Assembly (NCBI RefSeq): GCF_001194135.2
Contig: NC_068993.1
Span: forward strand, 27,219,966 to 27,256,556
DNA: 36,591 nt
DNA from: Octopus bimaculoides
Lineage: Eukaryota
Reading direction: 5' to 3'
This document shows, piece by piece, positions 21,815 through 33,099 of the stretch; the first letter of the stretch is position 1; the number at the start of each line of letters is the position of its first letter. The notes beneath the pieces were generated by a model. The model made no database searches, had not been told where the DNA came from, and saw only the letters and a program-made list of their open reading frames with translations. Made by a program: the position numbers and the translations under genes.

Positions 21815-23530
21815 TAGTTTCAATGTGGCTAGACTACAAGAAAGCCTTTGACTCTGACCGACACTCATGGATGCTAGAAGCCCTTCAACTTTAGCAAGTT
21901 GAAGGGCTTCTAGCCTCCAAGTGAGCTTAGTCTATGCTGACCTGACATTTTCATGGGCCACCATCTAGAAATTAAACAGAAAGAGTGACTGTATTATCAC
22001 TGATAGAATACAGTATCGCAAAGACATATTCCAAGGAGACAGCCACTCTGTGAAGTTGTTTATACTTTCTGTAAACCCCTTGTCATCCATGTTAAGGAAG
22101 TCTGAAAGATATCTCATTGGTTCTCAATGAAACAGAAATACCAAAATTACACACTGTTTCTTTGTGGATGACTTGAAACTTTATACAAAGAATATGCAGG
22201 AGATGAAAAAGAGCCTTGACCTGGTTACAACATTCTCAAAGGATATAGGGTTGATGTTTGGTCAGGATAAATGTTATATGGATGTGAAAAGGGAAAAACT
22301 GTAAAACATCTCTATCAATGACTGAACTGTTTCCCCTATATCTGATGAGGAATGTTATCTGATGAGGGATGGATGAAAACATATCTTACAATGGCACCTG
22401 TAACAAAACATGTGTCACTAAAGAATATTACAGCCAAATAATGAAAATCTGAACCTCAGAACTTTCTGCATTCAATAAAACAGTGGCCGAAAAAGATGAT
22501 AGTAACATTGATCATCAAAGCAGTCTATGAAGAACCAACAACCGGATTACTAACTCCCACTTTGAGGGGTATGTGTTTGCAATCCAGGCACAGGAAATAT
22601 CAACCAAATACCTGATGCACAAAGGGACAGAGACACAGAAAAAGCAGTAAAATGTAAAAACTGAAGCATACTTAGTAGAGTTAACATCGAAGATATCACC
22701 TTCACCATACGCAGTTATCCAAAAATGTCATCACAGTATTATCTATGTGCATTGTAACTAGGACACAGTATAACAGGATCAGTCAAAAGGATAACCTCGA
22801 GGACAAAGAAATAAGAACCCACAATAAGGTGGAAGCCATAGCCACTCATAATAAAAAGGAATACTGGTGGAATGTTCCAGTTAAAACCTCAATAAAATGT
22901 AAACACAATAGACCTGATATAATGATTTGGGATAGAGAAGAGAAACTGTGCCCTGTTGTGGAAATCAGCTACCCAGCAGATATTAACAAGAGAATACCTA
23001 TGCTGAACTATTGAGAAATCTGCAGTTACTCTAACCAGATTACAAGTTCAGGTTTATACCTGTAATTATTGGCACACTGGGACATGTAACACACTGCCGA
23101 TTCCCGGTGATGCGTTGTGTCCTTGAGCAAGACACTTTATTTCACATTGCTCCAGTCCACTCAGCTGCTAAATAGCAATCTTGAGAAATTAAGTTTCTCA
23201 AAACCAGAAAAGAGAAAGCTGATTTGAATACTACAGATCCAATCCATTACTAGAACTGTAAAAATTTGTAAAATTTTCCAGAAGTTTATCATTTAAGTAT
23301 ATATGAGCATGTCTAGATATGTAAGTATATGCATGAGAAGACATACATAAAGCAAAATATATAAATCTGCACGTATACATACATACATAAATACATACAT
23401 ACATACATACCTACATACATACATACAACAATACCCTGTTGTTGATGTTGAAATTCCAATGAAGGAGCGTTGGATCTAGGTTGGGAACCGGTTCTTTCTC
23501 TATTGGCAAGAAATCTTGAAACAAAACTGA
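21815..23530 (+). mobile_element. R4/Dong-clade LINE (RT to RLE and 3' UTR), decayed, with a SINE fragment inserted at ~23097-23170
   Basis: WLDYKKAFDS..HSW, IFQGDS, FFVDDLKLY, FGQDKC, HFEGYVFAIQAQEISTKYL, KCKHNRPDIMIWDREEKLC.VVEIS.PAD, ends QKFII*; 3' UTR has (TACA)n and a conserved 90-nt block. Confidence 0.88.
23097..23170 (+). mobile_element. SINE core fragment
   Basis: cgattcccgg...gttgtgtccttgagcaagacactttatttcacattgctccagtccactcagctg interrupts the LINE reading frame. Confidence 0.65.
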
Positions 23531-23725
23531 ACAATGACATACATATAATCATATACACACACACACACACACATATCTCTCTCACTCTTTCTAGATACAC
23601 ACACATATACATGTATGTTTATATATGTATTGGTTTCAGATGTCCACATGCACACACACACATATACATACATATATACATACACACACACATACATGCA
23701 TGCATAGATACATACATGCACACAT
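23530..23725. repeat. (AC)n/(CT)n/(ATAC)n compound microsatellite region
   Basis: Directly visible. Confidence 0.85.
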
Positions 23726-23789
23726 ACTTATTTACTCAAACCACTGTCATATCTAAATCGCAAAGCACAGCAACTAGAAGAATGGGTTC

Positions 23790-25250
23790 AATAACGTCTC
23801 TCACGTGTTCTTTGTTGATGACCTGAAGTTGCCTAGGCCAAATATTAATAACATCAAAAAGCATCTTGATCTCAGAAACCTGTTCTCCAAAGGCATCGCA
23901 GTGAAATTTGGTAAGTCAAAATGTGCATTTTTGATGGTAATACATAACAAACATGCACCCTCATTTAAGACACTAAACATAAACAACAGAGAAATAGAGC
24001 CTCTACTCTCTGGGGAAAGTTACAAATATCTTGGACAGGATGAACACGTCAGCTATAATGAATGAGTATTTCAAGAGAGTAAAAAAAATATGGTCATCTT
24101 CCCCCTCAGCTTAAAATAAGCACATTATCCACAACACTTTTGCAGTGGCTGTCCTCACACTTCTATCTAGCCCTTTGAACTGATCAATACAAGATCTCAG
24201 TGAGGTAGATGTTTGAATTTGCAAGCTGCTCAGTGAAACTTCAACATCAATGGAGATGTAAGTAGGATATAATTCCTGTGCAAGGATGGTCTCAAATTTG
24301 TAATGATGTCATATGAGACCAGTAACTATCTTGCCCAAGTTTGTGACCATGAAATTAACAACATAATCAGAGTAGCTAATGTACTTGAGGAAAGGCATGG
24401 AATAAGAGCTGATACTGATTTCTCCCCAAGGAGCATTCGTAAAATATATTTATCAAAAGAATAAAATATAAACAAATGGACCAGTTCACTGAGAAGATAG
24501 TGCATGGGTACTTTGCACAAAAGACACAAACCATAAAAGGAATTGATCATATCAAAAGCTTAACATAGAGTACTGACAAGTTAATGTCATACCACTTTGA
24601 AGACTACCTCCATGCAATTTAAGACCCCCACTAAGTACTTGCTGCATAAAAGGTAGAAAACATTGACAGACAACAAATGTATGTAGTGCAAGACCAAGAC
24701 TGAAGACATCAACCATATCATTGCCAACAATGAGAGATGCTTGGCCAGAACAGCCTGATACAGGAAAACAAAAAAGAAAACATCAACAGAAAAAGTTGAC
24801 TATATTGAGGCTGATAGATACATTGGTGGAACGTAAAATTTTAAAAATTTTAAATAGCCACAATAATATCTGGCCAGCTAAAACACAACTGGCCAAATAT
24901 TGTTGTGTGGAACCACAAAGAAAAGATATGCTCCATTGTGGAAATCAGCTACCTCTGGCCACCAGTGTGGTTAGAAAAAGAAGAAAGTAGACATCTATGG
25001 ACCATTGATAAGGAGTTTGCAAATTTAGTACCTAAGATGCACTTTCAATTTCATACTTATTGTAATTGGAGCAACAGGATATGTAACAGACCATGTGGAG
25101 CAAAATATGGCTGAACTTGGGTTCTTGGGAGATAGAACACACTACTCTTAAACTCATACACTACAAAGGATCACAATATATCTGGGACTATAAATATCAG
25201 CAAAATCTTCTTAAGATTAAGAGAATAATAAACAAAACACGAGGCTTTTT
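23790..25250 (+). mobile_element. R4/Dong-clade LINE fragment (RT to RLE), more diverged
   Basis: NNVSHVFFVDDLKL, FGKSKCAFL, GESYKYLGQDE, EYFKRVKKIWS, HNTFAVAVLT, HFEDYLHAI, KTEDINHII, CSIVEISY. Confidence 0.82.
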
Positions 25251-25639
25251 TTTTCACAACCTTGGTACCAAGCAGGTAACCAGTCAAGATTGACTCTAAA
25301 TTAAAAAGACAACAAGAACATACATATATAGACACACACACACACACCATCATGCACACTAGCTCAGTTACCTTTTTTGTAGCTTTCGTACATATGAAAC
25401 CTATTTCCTTTCTCTACACTTCCTGTGTATTGCCTCAAGACATTTCAATGGGACTTGATACAAATGAAAACCCATTTCTTTTTTATTCATTTTTCTCTTC
25501 ACCTTTCGTTTTTTGTCTAACTTTCTGAAGGACAGGTTAAGCTTGACCCATCTAGAGCACTTCTACTTTCTTCCCCTCATTGAACTATTCATTCCACTTT
25601 GTTTTCATTTTATTTTCCACACTGTTACTGCAATTTTTG

Positions 25640-25735
25640 TGCATGCGTGTGTGCGTGAGTGTGTGCAAGCATGTGTGTGTGTGTGTGTGTGCCAGTATGC
25701 ATTCACACATGTGTATGCACTTATGTGTATGCAAT
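25640..25735. repeat. (GT)n-rich microsatellite
   Basis: Directly visible. Confidence 0.85.
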
Positions 25736-26042
25736 GCCAGCAGGCATCAGACTCAAGTACACAAGTTTATGATAGGGAAAATTAGGTTATTTGAAGTTCT
25801 TTTCTTCTCTGTTTTTTCTTTTTGTATATTTTTCTTCACAAGAGAAATGGAATAATATAGCATAAATTTTCTTTGTTACTGTGCTGCATCCAATGCCCTT
25901 TTTGCCTCTAGCTGTAAATAGTATTGGAAGTACATTTCTTTCTAAGAAATGAATTCACAACACCATCACTGGACCTGAAACATGGGAAAGTACTCCAGAG
26001 GAAATTAATGATTTCCAAAAGGAACAAAAAATAGCTACTTAC

Positions 26043-26213
26043 CAAGGCAAAGTGGTGTGGAAACAGTCCAAATTCCAGCTTCAGTATCACAAGCTCCGAA
26101 AGAGTCACCAACTAAGTTAAATCCTTTATTACATTCAAATTCCACTAAGAGGCCATCACCCCATATATTATAATGTCCATTTATTGGCTCCCATGGTGGA
26201 AAGCAATATCGTT
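26043..26213 (-). CDS. Host-gene exon encoding one sushi/CCP/SCR domain
   Basis: RYCFPPWEPINGHYNIWGDGLLVEFECNKGFNLVGDSFGACDTEAGIWTVSTPLCL has the CCP pattern C-P-P-NG...F-C-GF-L-G...C...G-W...P-C; acceptor cttattgcag, donor G|gtaagt; 171 bp, phase 1-1 as typical for CCP modules; no stop. Confidence 0.92.
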
Positions 26214-26982
26214 CTGCAATAAGACGAAGTTGAAGGCATGAAAATAGAACAATATACATTTTATGCACAACAGAGCATGAATCAAGCAATGTGAAATATA
26301 TTACAAGACCTTAGCTGTGAAATGAATTATAAGACTGTAAACCTTCTTTGTTTTTGATGTACTGAAAAAGAGAGCAGGGATTCCTGATAGGCTGTTTTGT
26401 AGTTTGTTAGCTACTCCTCAGAGAAGATTTACTTTATTTCTTTCCCCACTCAAAGCATAGAATTTTAATCTAAAGCAGTCAGAAAGTAAGATATTACATT
26501 AGCAATTAGCTTAAGTTACATATTTCTGCTTTTGCTGGTTCATCATTAATTAAATTGTATATACTTTATGCACAAAACAGCATGAATCAAGGATTGAAAT
26601 AAAGTTAAAATCAGGATATTTGTAATACATGCATTTCCAAATATAAATTACTTTACTGAAAATATCAGTGGTTTTAGTCAGAAATGTGATAAATTTGTTT
26701 TAAAATTATTATTGATGAAGCATCATTAATATTGATATCATTCATTAATTAGAAAATGTTGATTTGGCTGCAGTTTTATCTCAATCAGCTAAAAATTACA
26801 ACCAAATCTTATCATCATAACTTTCTATAAGTAAATGAACTATAGACACAAACTCCCATACACAACATTACAAACATGAGTAACAATAATAACACATAAA
26901 ACAATACAAAAGTTTAGGACCCTCAAGTGTTTAAAATAGAAATTATACAAGCTTTTAGAAAAATGAGCGTTGACATGAATGG

Positions 26983-27899
26983 TCATCATCATCATCATCA
27001 TCATCGTTTAACGTCCGCTTTCCATGCTAACATGGGTTGGACGATTTGACTGAGGATTGGTGCAACCGGATGGCTACACCAGGCTCCAATGTAATTTGGC
27101 AGAGTTTCTACAGCTGGATGCCCTTCCTAACGCCAATCACTCAGAGAGTGTAGTGGGTGCTTTTACGTGTCACCCGCACGAAAACGGCCACGCTCGAAAT
27201 GGTGTCTTTTATGTGTCACCCACACAAGAGCCAGTCCTGGGGCGCTGGCAACGATCTCGCTCGAAAACCCTACAAGGCCAGNNNNNNNNNNNNNNNNNNN
27301 NNNNNNNNNNNNNNNNNNNNNNNNNNNNNNNNNNNNNNNNNNNNNNNNNNNNNNNNNNNNNNNNNNNNNNNNNNNNNNNNNNNNNNNNNNNNNNNNNNNN
27401 NNNNNNNNNNNNNNNNNNNNNNNNNNNNNNNNNNNNNNNNNNNNNNNNNNNNNNNNNNNNNNNNNNNNNNNNNNNNNNNNNNNNNNNNNNNNNNNNNNNN
27501 NNNNNNNNNNNNNNNNNNNNNNNNNNNNNNNNNNNNNNNNNNNNNNNNNNNNNNNNNNNNNNNNNNNNNNNNNNNNNNNTCTCTCAAGATACTTACACTC
27601 TGACGGGTATGCACATTTACATTACACATCCAGCGGAGCATACTGGCTTCATTCCTTGCGAGCTTACGCATGTCCTCAGCAGTCACAGCCCATGTTTCAC
27701 TGCCATGTAGCATGGCTGTTCGTACACATGCGTCATACAGTCTGCCTTTTACCCTGAGTGAGAGTCCCTTTGTCGCCAGCAGAGGTAAGAGCTCTCTAAA
27801 CTTGGCCCAGGCTATTCTTATTCTAGCAGTTACACTTTCAGCGCACCCACCTCCACTACTAACTTGGTCACCCAGATAGCGGAAGCTATCAACTACCTA
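26983..27899 (-). mobile_element. RTE-clade LINE, 5'-truncated: RT C-terminus, 3' UTR and (ATG)n tail, spanning a gap
   Basis: VVDSFRYLGDQVSSGGGCAESVTARIRIAWAKFRELLPLLATKGLSLRVKGRLYDACVRTAMLHGSETW..EASMLRWMCNV, open and stop-free; tail (CAT)n on + at 26983-27005. Confidence 0.92.
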
Positions 27900-28290
27900 T
27901 ATATAATACAGAATGGGACAAGAACACAAAACATACAGATAGACGATACAAAGAAAACACGGACAGGTCATTCGGAGTTTTCTCTCTTCACTTGAGATTC
28001 AGATTATTCTATGGTGGTTGAGTTCACAGGTGATCTAAACAATTAGGTACGCTAGGTAAGTGCTGTAACAGATTACTAGGGTTCCAAGGTTATAACTGAG
28101 ATGGTAGTTATTGAGCCATTGTAGATTTCAAATGCAGCGGATATATAATTGTTAAAGAGGACAACAAAAGTTAAGGCAAGGCAAACATCTGATGTCATAT
28201 ACATTATTGTTATTGGAAAAAAATTCAAAGTCTTACAGTTGTTTCTGAGATATCCCCAAGTATGGGATATTCTGTCCTCAGAGACAAATA
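27900..28290 (-). mobile_element. Probable Penelope-type terminal repeat (pLTR) fragment carrying hammerhead motifs
   Basis: Non-coding segment bracketed by a clear and a decayed hammerhead core. PLE termini carrying type I hammerheads is established knowledge; the family assignment is inference. Confidence 0.45.
28230..28285 (-). ncRNA. Type I hammerhead ribozyme motif, probably impaired copy
   Basis: Minus strand: GUCU-CUGAGGA-[cagaauauccc auacuug gggauaucuca]-GAAAC-aacu-GUA^-AGAC. Stem I GUCU/AGAC, intact CUGANGA and GAAA boxes, 7-9 bp stem II, minimal stem III, GUA cleavage triplet; the 10.1-11.1 closing pair is mismatched (C/A). Confidence 0.7.
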
Positions 28291-28562
28291 GGGAAAATGA
28301 GAACAGTATATATTAATGGAATGACAAAATAGAGGAAAGGAGTAAAGGAATAAGGAGATGAAGAGAGAGAAGAAAATAGAAGCATAAAAGTTCAAAGTTC
28401 AACTTTTCGATCTTGTAGAAACAAATATATATATATATACGCCGGAGTTTTAATGGTGGCAGCTGATGAAGAGGATGTTTCTATGTGGCCTGCTTGTTTG
28501 TTGCACCTTGTTTACCATTTTGTCCTTGTTCTTTTGCCACGTCATGTACCCAGTTAAGTATC

Positions 28563-28616
28563 TATATGTACATGTAGATGAACGTATATACATACATGTA
28601 CATATATATGCATATA

Positions 28617-28673
<57 letters not shown>

Positions 28674-28740
28674 CACACACATACACACAAGTACATATGC
28701 ATGTGTACCTGTATATATATACAGGTACACATGCATATGT
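28563..28740. repeat. (AT)n microsatellite with (AT/AC)-rich flanks
   Basis: Directly visible. Confidence 0.9.
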
Positions 28741-28744
28741 GATT

Positions 28745-28935
28745 GCTTTTCTTATGTGGCACCAGCACAGGCAAGGGCAGTTTGGGCATGGCTTTTATGG
28801 CTGGATGCCCTTCCTAACACTAACCATTCAGCAGAGCAGACTGTGTGCTTTTTATGTGGCACCAGTACAGGTGAGGTCAATTTTGGCATAATTTTTTTTA
28901 CAGCTGGATGCCCTTCCAAACCCAACCACTTTACA
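28745..28935 (-). mobile_element. SINE-like element, duplicated GCTGGATGCCCTTCC core (same family as 10497-10815)
   Basis: ttttatggctggatgcccttcctaacactaaccattcagcagag...ttttacagctggatgcccttccaaacccaaccactttacagtgtgtactggat aligns with 10617-10770. Confidence 0.8.
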
Positions 28936-29166
28936 GTGTGTACTGGATTAATCATATCCTTAAAATCTCAAAGCTGCAAACACAAAGCCTAATTATTTCA
29001 AAACTGAATAAATATGCTTTAAAATTTACCAACAAGGAGGGAATTCTCAGGAGTCAATTTATGCTACCGATATTTCTGAGACCTGGGAAAGGGATGATTG
29101 TTACACAATCTCATTCTTTCCTCCTTCATCCTCCATGTAAGTAATTTTCTCTTTATATTTTATTAT

Positions 29167-29722
29167 TTGTGGCCTAATCGTTGCCAGTGCCGATGGACTG
29201 GCCCTCGTGCAGGTGACACGTAAAATATACCATTNNNNNNNNNNNNNNNNNNNNNNNNNNNNNNNNNNNNNNNNNNNNNNNNNNNNNNNNNNNNNNNNNN
29301 NNNNNNNNNNNNNNNNNNNNNNNNNNNNNNNNNNNNNNNNNNNNNNNNNNNNNNNNNNNNNNNNNNNNNNNNNNNNNNNNNNNNNNNNNNNNNNNNNNNN
29401 NNNNNNNNNNNNNNNNNNNNNNNNNNNNNNNNNNNNNNNNNNNNNNNNNNNNNNNNNNNNNNNNNNNNNNNNNNNNNNNNNNNNNNNNNNNNNNNNNNNN
29501 NNNNNNNNNNNNNNNNNNNNNNNNNNNNNNNNNNNNNNNNNNNNNNNNNNNNNNNNNNNNNNNNNNNNNNNNNNNNNNNNNNNNNNNNNNNNNNNNNNNN
29601 NNNNNNNNNNNNNNNNNNNNNNNNNNNNNNNNNNNNNNNNNNNNNNNNNNNNNNNNNNNNNNNNNNNNNNNNNNNNNNNNNNNNNNNNNNNAGATGTTAA
29701 CCGACGATGATGATGATGATGA
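29167..29722 (+). mobile_element. RTE-tail SINE/LINE 3' end spanning a gap
   Basis: tgccagtgccgatggactggccctcgtgcaggtgacacgtaaaa resembles the reverse complement of 27160-27250; ends gatgttaaccgacgatgatgatgatgat. Confidence 0.65.
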
Positions 29723-29949
29723 TATTTTTGGCCTAATGCCCAACCAGAAAGACAATTAACCAACACCAATTAGTTACTTAGTTTGTTTTAGCAAATAAGT
29801 CAAGGCCATTCTGGAACGTTACCTTCAAAGTTTTACTAATTATACGCTGCATGTCTGTACATGAGTTGACCTTTTGTCTTTCATAAGGTCGGTGTCAGTG
29901 TTGGAACATGTCTATTGTATAGGAGGCTGTTTTAATTTACGACCAAACA

Positions 29950-30079
29950 TAGTCACATATATACACAAGCATATACAAATATATACACACATATACACTT
30001 ATATCTATGAGTATTCATACATATATGTACATATATATTTATACACACACACACACACACATATCTATGAGTACTTATA

Positions 30080-30111
<32 letters not shown>

Positions 30112-30243
30112 AGTATTTATATATTTCTCTCTTTCTCTCTCTCTCTCTCTCTATATATATATACATACATACATACATATCTGTATACATACCTATGTCT
30201 ATATGTATATATACACACACACACTCATATCTGTATACATACC

Positions 30244-30279
<36 letters not shown>

Positions 30280-30405
30280 TATAAAATATATGCATAAACA
30301 CTGGCATACACATATATACACCGATATATACATGCACATTTCCACTTGTGTATATAATTATGTCTGCAAGTGTATATATGCAGGCATACATATTTGTGCA
30401 TACTC

Positions 30406-30462
<57 letters not shown>

Positions 30463-30470
30463 GTGTAATT
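29950..30470. repeat. Long compound (AT)/(AC)/(CT)/(GT) microsatellite field
   Basis: Directly visible; all ORFs here are repeat translations. Confidence 0.95.
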
Positions 30471-30744
30471 GTGTGTCAGTGTGCCTGTAATGTGACTTTG
30501 CTTGTAAGCAGAGTTTAGTCTTTTGGTAAACTGCAAGCAAATTATGTAACACAGCTTTGATCTTCAGTGCGGAACAACAAAGCTTGTAACTATTGATATA
30601 TATTCCATAGCGTCACAGAGTTATGTGGAGACTTGACCTATTAGAAATAGCAGCCAAATCACCCTTAAATTACACATTACTGCCTCAGGTAGAGAAAGAA
30701 AATAAACAATATGAGTGTGCCATTCCTAGGGAAAAAAAGAATAG

Positions 30745-30945
30745 ATGGCCATAACTGGAATCCAAGAAGAAGGAGGAGAAGGGGAGGATAAGGAAGGGGA
30801 GGAGGAGGACAAGATAGAAGNNNNNNNNNNNNNNNNNNNNNNNNNNNNNNNNNNNNNNNNNNNNNNNNNNNNNNNNNNNNNNNNNNNNNNNNNNNNNNNN
30901 NNNNNNNNNNNNNNNNNNNNGCAGGAAAGAGGAGGGGGGGGGGCT
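30745..30945. repeat. Purine-rich (GGA/GAA) low-complexity tract spanning a 100-N gap
   Basis: gaagaaggaggagaaggggaggataaggaaggggaggaggagg. Confidence 0.75.
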
Positions 30946-30984
30946 TCCACATGCCTTCCATCTACCAAATCAACAACAAATACT

Positions 30985-32320
30985 AGTTTGCCCTGAAAAT
31001 GTAGAGAAATCTAGAAAAGAGTGGGACCTAGTTAGAAACTTAAAGGAGGTATTTAGAAAAGGCATTGTGACTGATGTGCTTGCAATGAGATTGGCCCTTG
31101 ACCAATTCTTCAATGCAAAGCATGAAGGCTGCATTGTCAGAGTTAAGGTGTGTGCTCTAAGACACCATGGAATGAAAGTCATTCAATTTGGCCTAGTGAT
31201 AGATGCACAACATGGCAATGAAGCTACAATTCAGTCTTTTGCAGGCCATGATGATCATATGCTACTCAATACAAAGTGGATATGTGCAGTTTTTCAGCAG
31301 GACATGTGACAGACCGAACCACAGGATACACACTAATGCTTACCTTGATGTCCTGCCACAACTCAGCTATGGAGGCAAAGTGTTCCAAAAATCAAATAAT
31401 CACAGAAACACTGGAAGACATGGCTGATCACATGAGGGGTATATTGCCTGGTTTGGTCGGTCTATCCTACAAGCTTTACTCTCATGAGCCAGACTTGTTC
31501 AGCAACCTCTTGACAGATATTTACAGCAAATGGTAGCAGAACAGGCAAATTCTTGTTTCTGTAAGTTGAGGAATGGTGATGCTACTGAGAAAAGGCCCAA
31601 ATAAGGTGGACCACATAGATAATTTTCAGCCCATAACTCTGCTAAACACAGACTCCAAGATTGTGACCAAGGTATTCGTGAAGAGGTTGCTGCTTGTGAT
31701 TGGTTATCTGATTTTGATGCATAGACATGTGTTATCCTGAACAGCTCTGTCCACAGCAACCTCCATTTCATACATTTCATCATAGAGAAGGTGAGTAAGG
31801 AACTGAAATGAGTAGGGCTCCAATCAACTTAGATTGGTAAAGTCAACCACCAATTCTTGACAGCTGTTCTCACAACAGCTAGTTTCAGTCCTGCTTTCAG
31901 GTGCTAGATCACCACAAAGTACATAATATCTGCTCAGTGGTCAGAGTAAATGGCCACCTATTGGAACTTTTAGACTCCTGTTCTCAGTCTGTCAAGGTTG
32001 TCACATCCCAGACCTTTTGTATGTACTGACTCTTGAACCACTATTGGGGAAATTGAAGAATTTGAGAAGTATTCCATGTAAACTAGGAAGCAAAAGATAT
32101 TTGTCTGTGTATGCAAATGTCACCTTCATAATCTTGGACACTAAGTATATTGAAGTAATCAGGACAGCTCTAAGGGACTACAGGTTGATGACAGGAACCA
32201 AAATTAACCAAGAAAAGTTGATGGGTGTGCAGCTTGACATCTGGAGAGGCAGGTCCATGTCATCTAAAAGTGTCATGGAGTGGACAGTTTGGTCAAATTG
32301 TTCAGGATTTGGTTCAGTCC
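30985..32320 (+). mobile_element. Second L1/Tx1-clade fragment (linker and RT), same family as 385-1590
   Basis: LPGLVGLSYKLYSHEPDLFSNLLTDIYSKW, DNFQPITLLNTDSKIVTKVFVKRL, SNLHFIHFIIEKVSKE, RVNGHL, VCQGCH, LYVLTLEPLLGKL, YANV (decayed YADD), GTKINQEK. Confidence 0.85.
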
Positions 32321-32324
32321 AGAT

Positions 32325-32700
32325 ATTCTCTTTGAGCATATAAAAGACAAATTTAGACGGGGCAAAATGAGTAAGACAAGATAATGTAAATTTATTGCTT
32401 CAGTTCTTCAGAAAATAAACTCATACACATCAATATCTATCTGCAGACATCAGAAATGCAAAAAAGAAAAATTTAAACATCTAAGTCAAATGAAAGAGGA
32501 TCGGGGAAAATGGCACATGATATGAAATTAAGGAAACTTGATCAAACAAAAAAAACTCAACACAATATATTCCCTATAGCTTCTTCACAATCTGCTGGAA
32601 CGTCCTCTACATGATATATTAATACATTATGCAGTTAAAGTGAAGAAATTATTGAAATTAGTCATTACTCAGTTTACCCCATTTTAGACATTTTTTGAAA
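32325..32700 (+). repeat. Unclassified AT-rich dispersed repeat, copy 1 (inverted relative to 35576-35933)
   Basis: Shared blocks tttgagcatataaaagacaa, taagacaagataa.gtaaattta, gtcaaatgaaa.aggatc, catgatatgaaattaa, gcagttaaag.gaa.aaattattgaaattag.cattactca. Confidence 0.8.
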
Positions 32701-33099
32701 GATGGATTAAACATAAAAGTGGAGAAAGAGGAACAATGAAAGACAAAGAAAGGAAAAAGAAACACAAAAAAGAAAGAAAAGGGGAAAAATACTTGAAAAT
32801 GATCAAATTAGTGTGGGAAAAAATTGACTTGGAATCCAACTGAGAAAAGAATATTGATTGTCACACACTGAAAATTATCCAGATATTTCATTAGCAACCT
32901 TCATTACAATCTGGTCAAAGTTGAGGAAAAATTTCTTGAAAAAAGAGGACCTTTCACCTATGTTTCAGACTCCTTAAACTTCAACAACAAAACTATACTG
33001 ACCAATTTTTACTCCTAAAGATAATGCAACAATACAAAATGATGATGTAATACATGCAATGTAATGGTTTCAAACAAGTTGGGAGACAATAACAAGAAA

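Noticed and set aside
22342-22382. Two CTGATGAG motifs followed by GAAA
   Set aside because: No stem II or III; lies in the decayed YKYLG.DEN coding part of the R4 element.
28440-28500. CTGATGAAGAGG motif, possible further hammerhead
   Set aside because: No GAAA box or stems downstream; may be a repeat terminus but is not supportable as a ribozyme.
28908-29144. + strand ORF ending at a perfect GTAAGT donor (~29137)
   Set aside because: It starts inside a SINE, has no acceptor or homology, and is opposite to the only supported gene.
29874-30552. YIYI/HTHT/CVCV-rich ORFs (also at 5798-6105, 12546-13745, 23313-23826, 28466-28891, 34009-34253)
   Set aside because: Translations of dinucleotide microsatellites.
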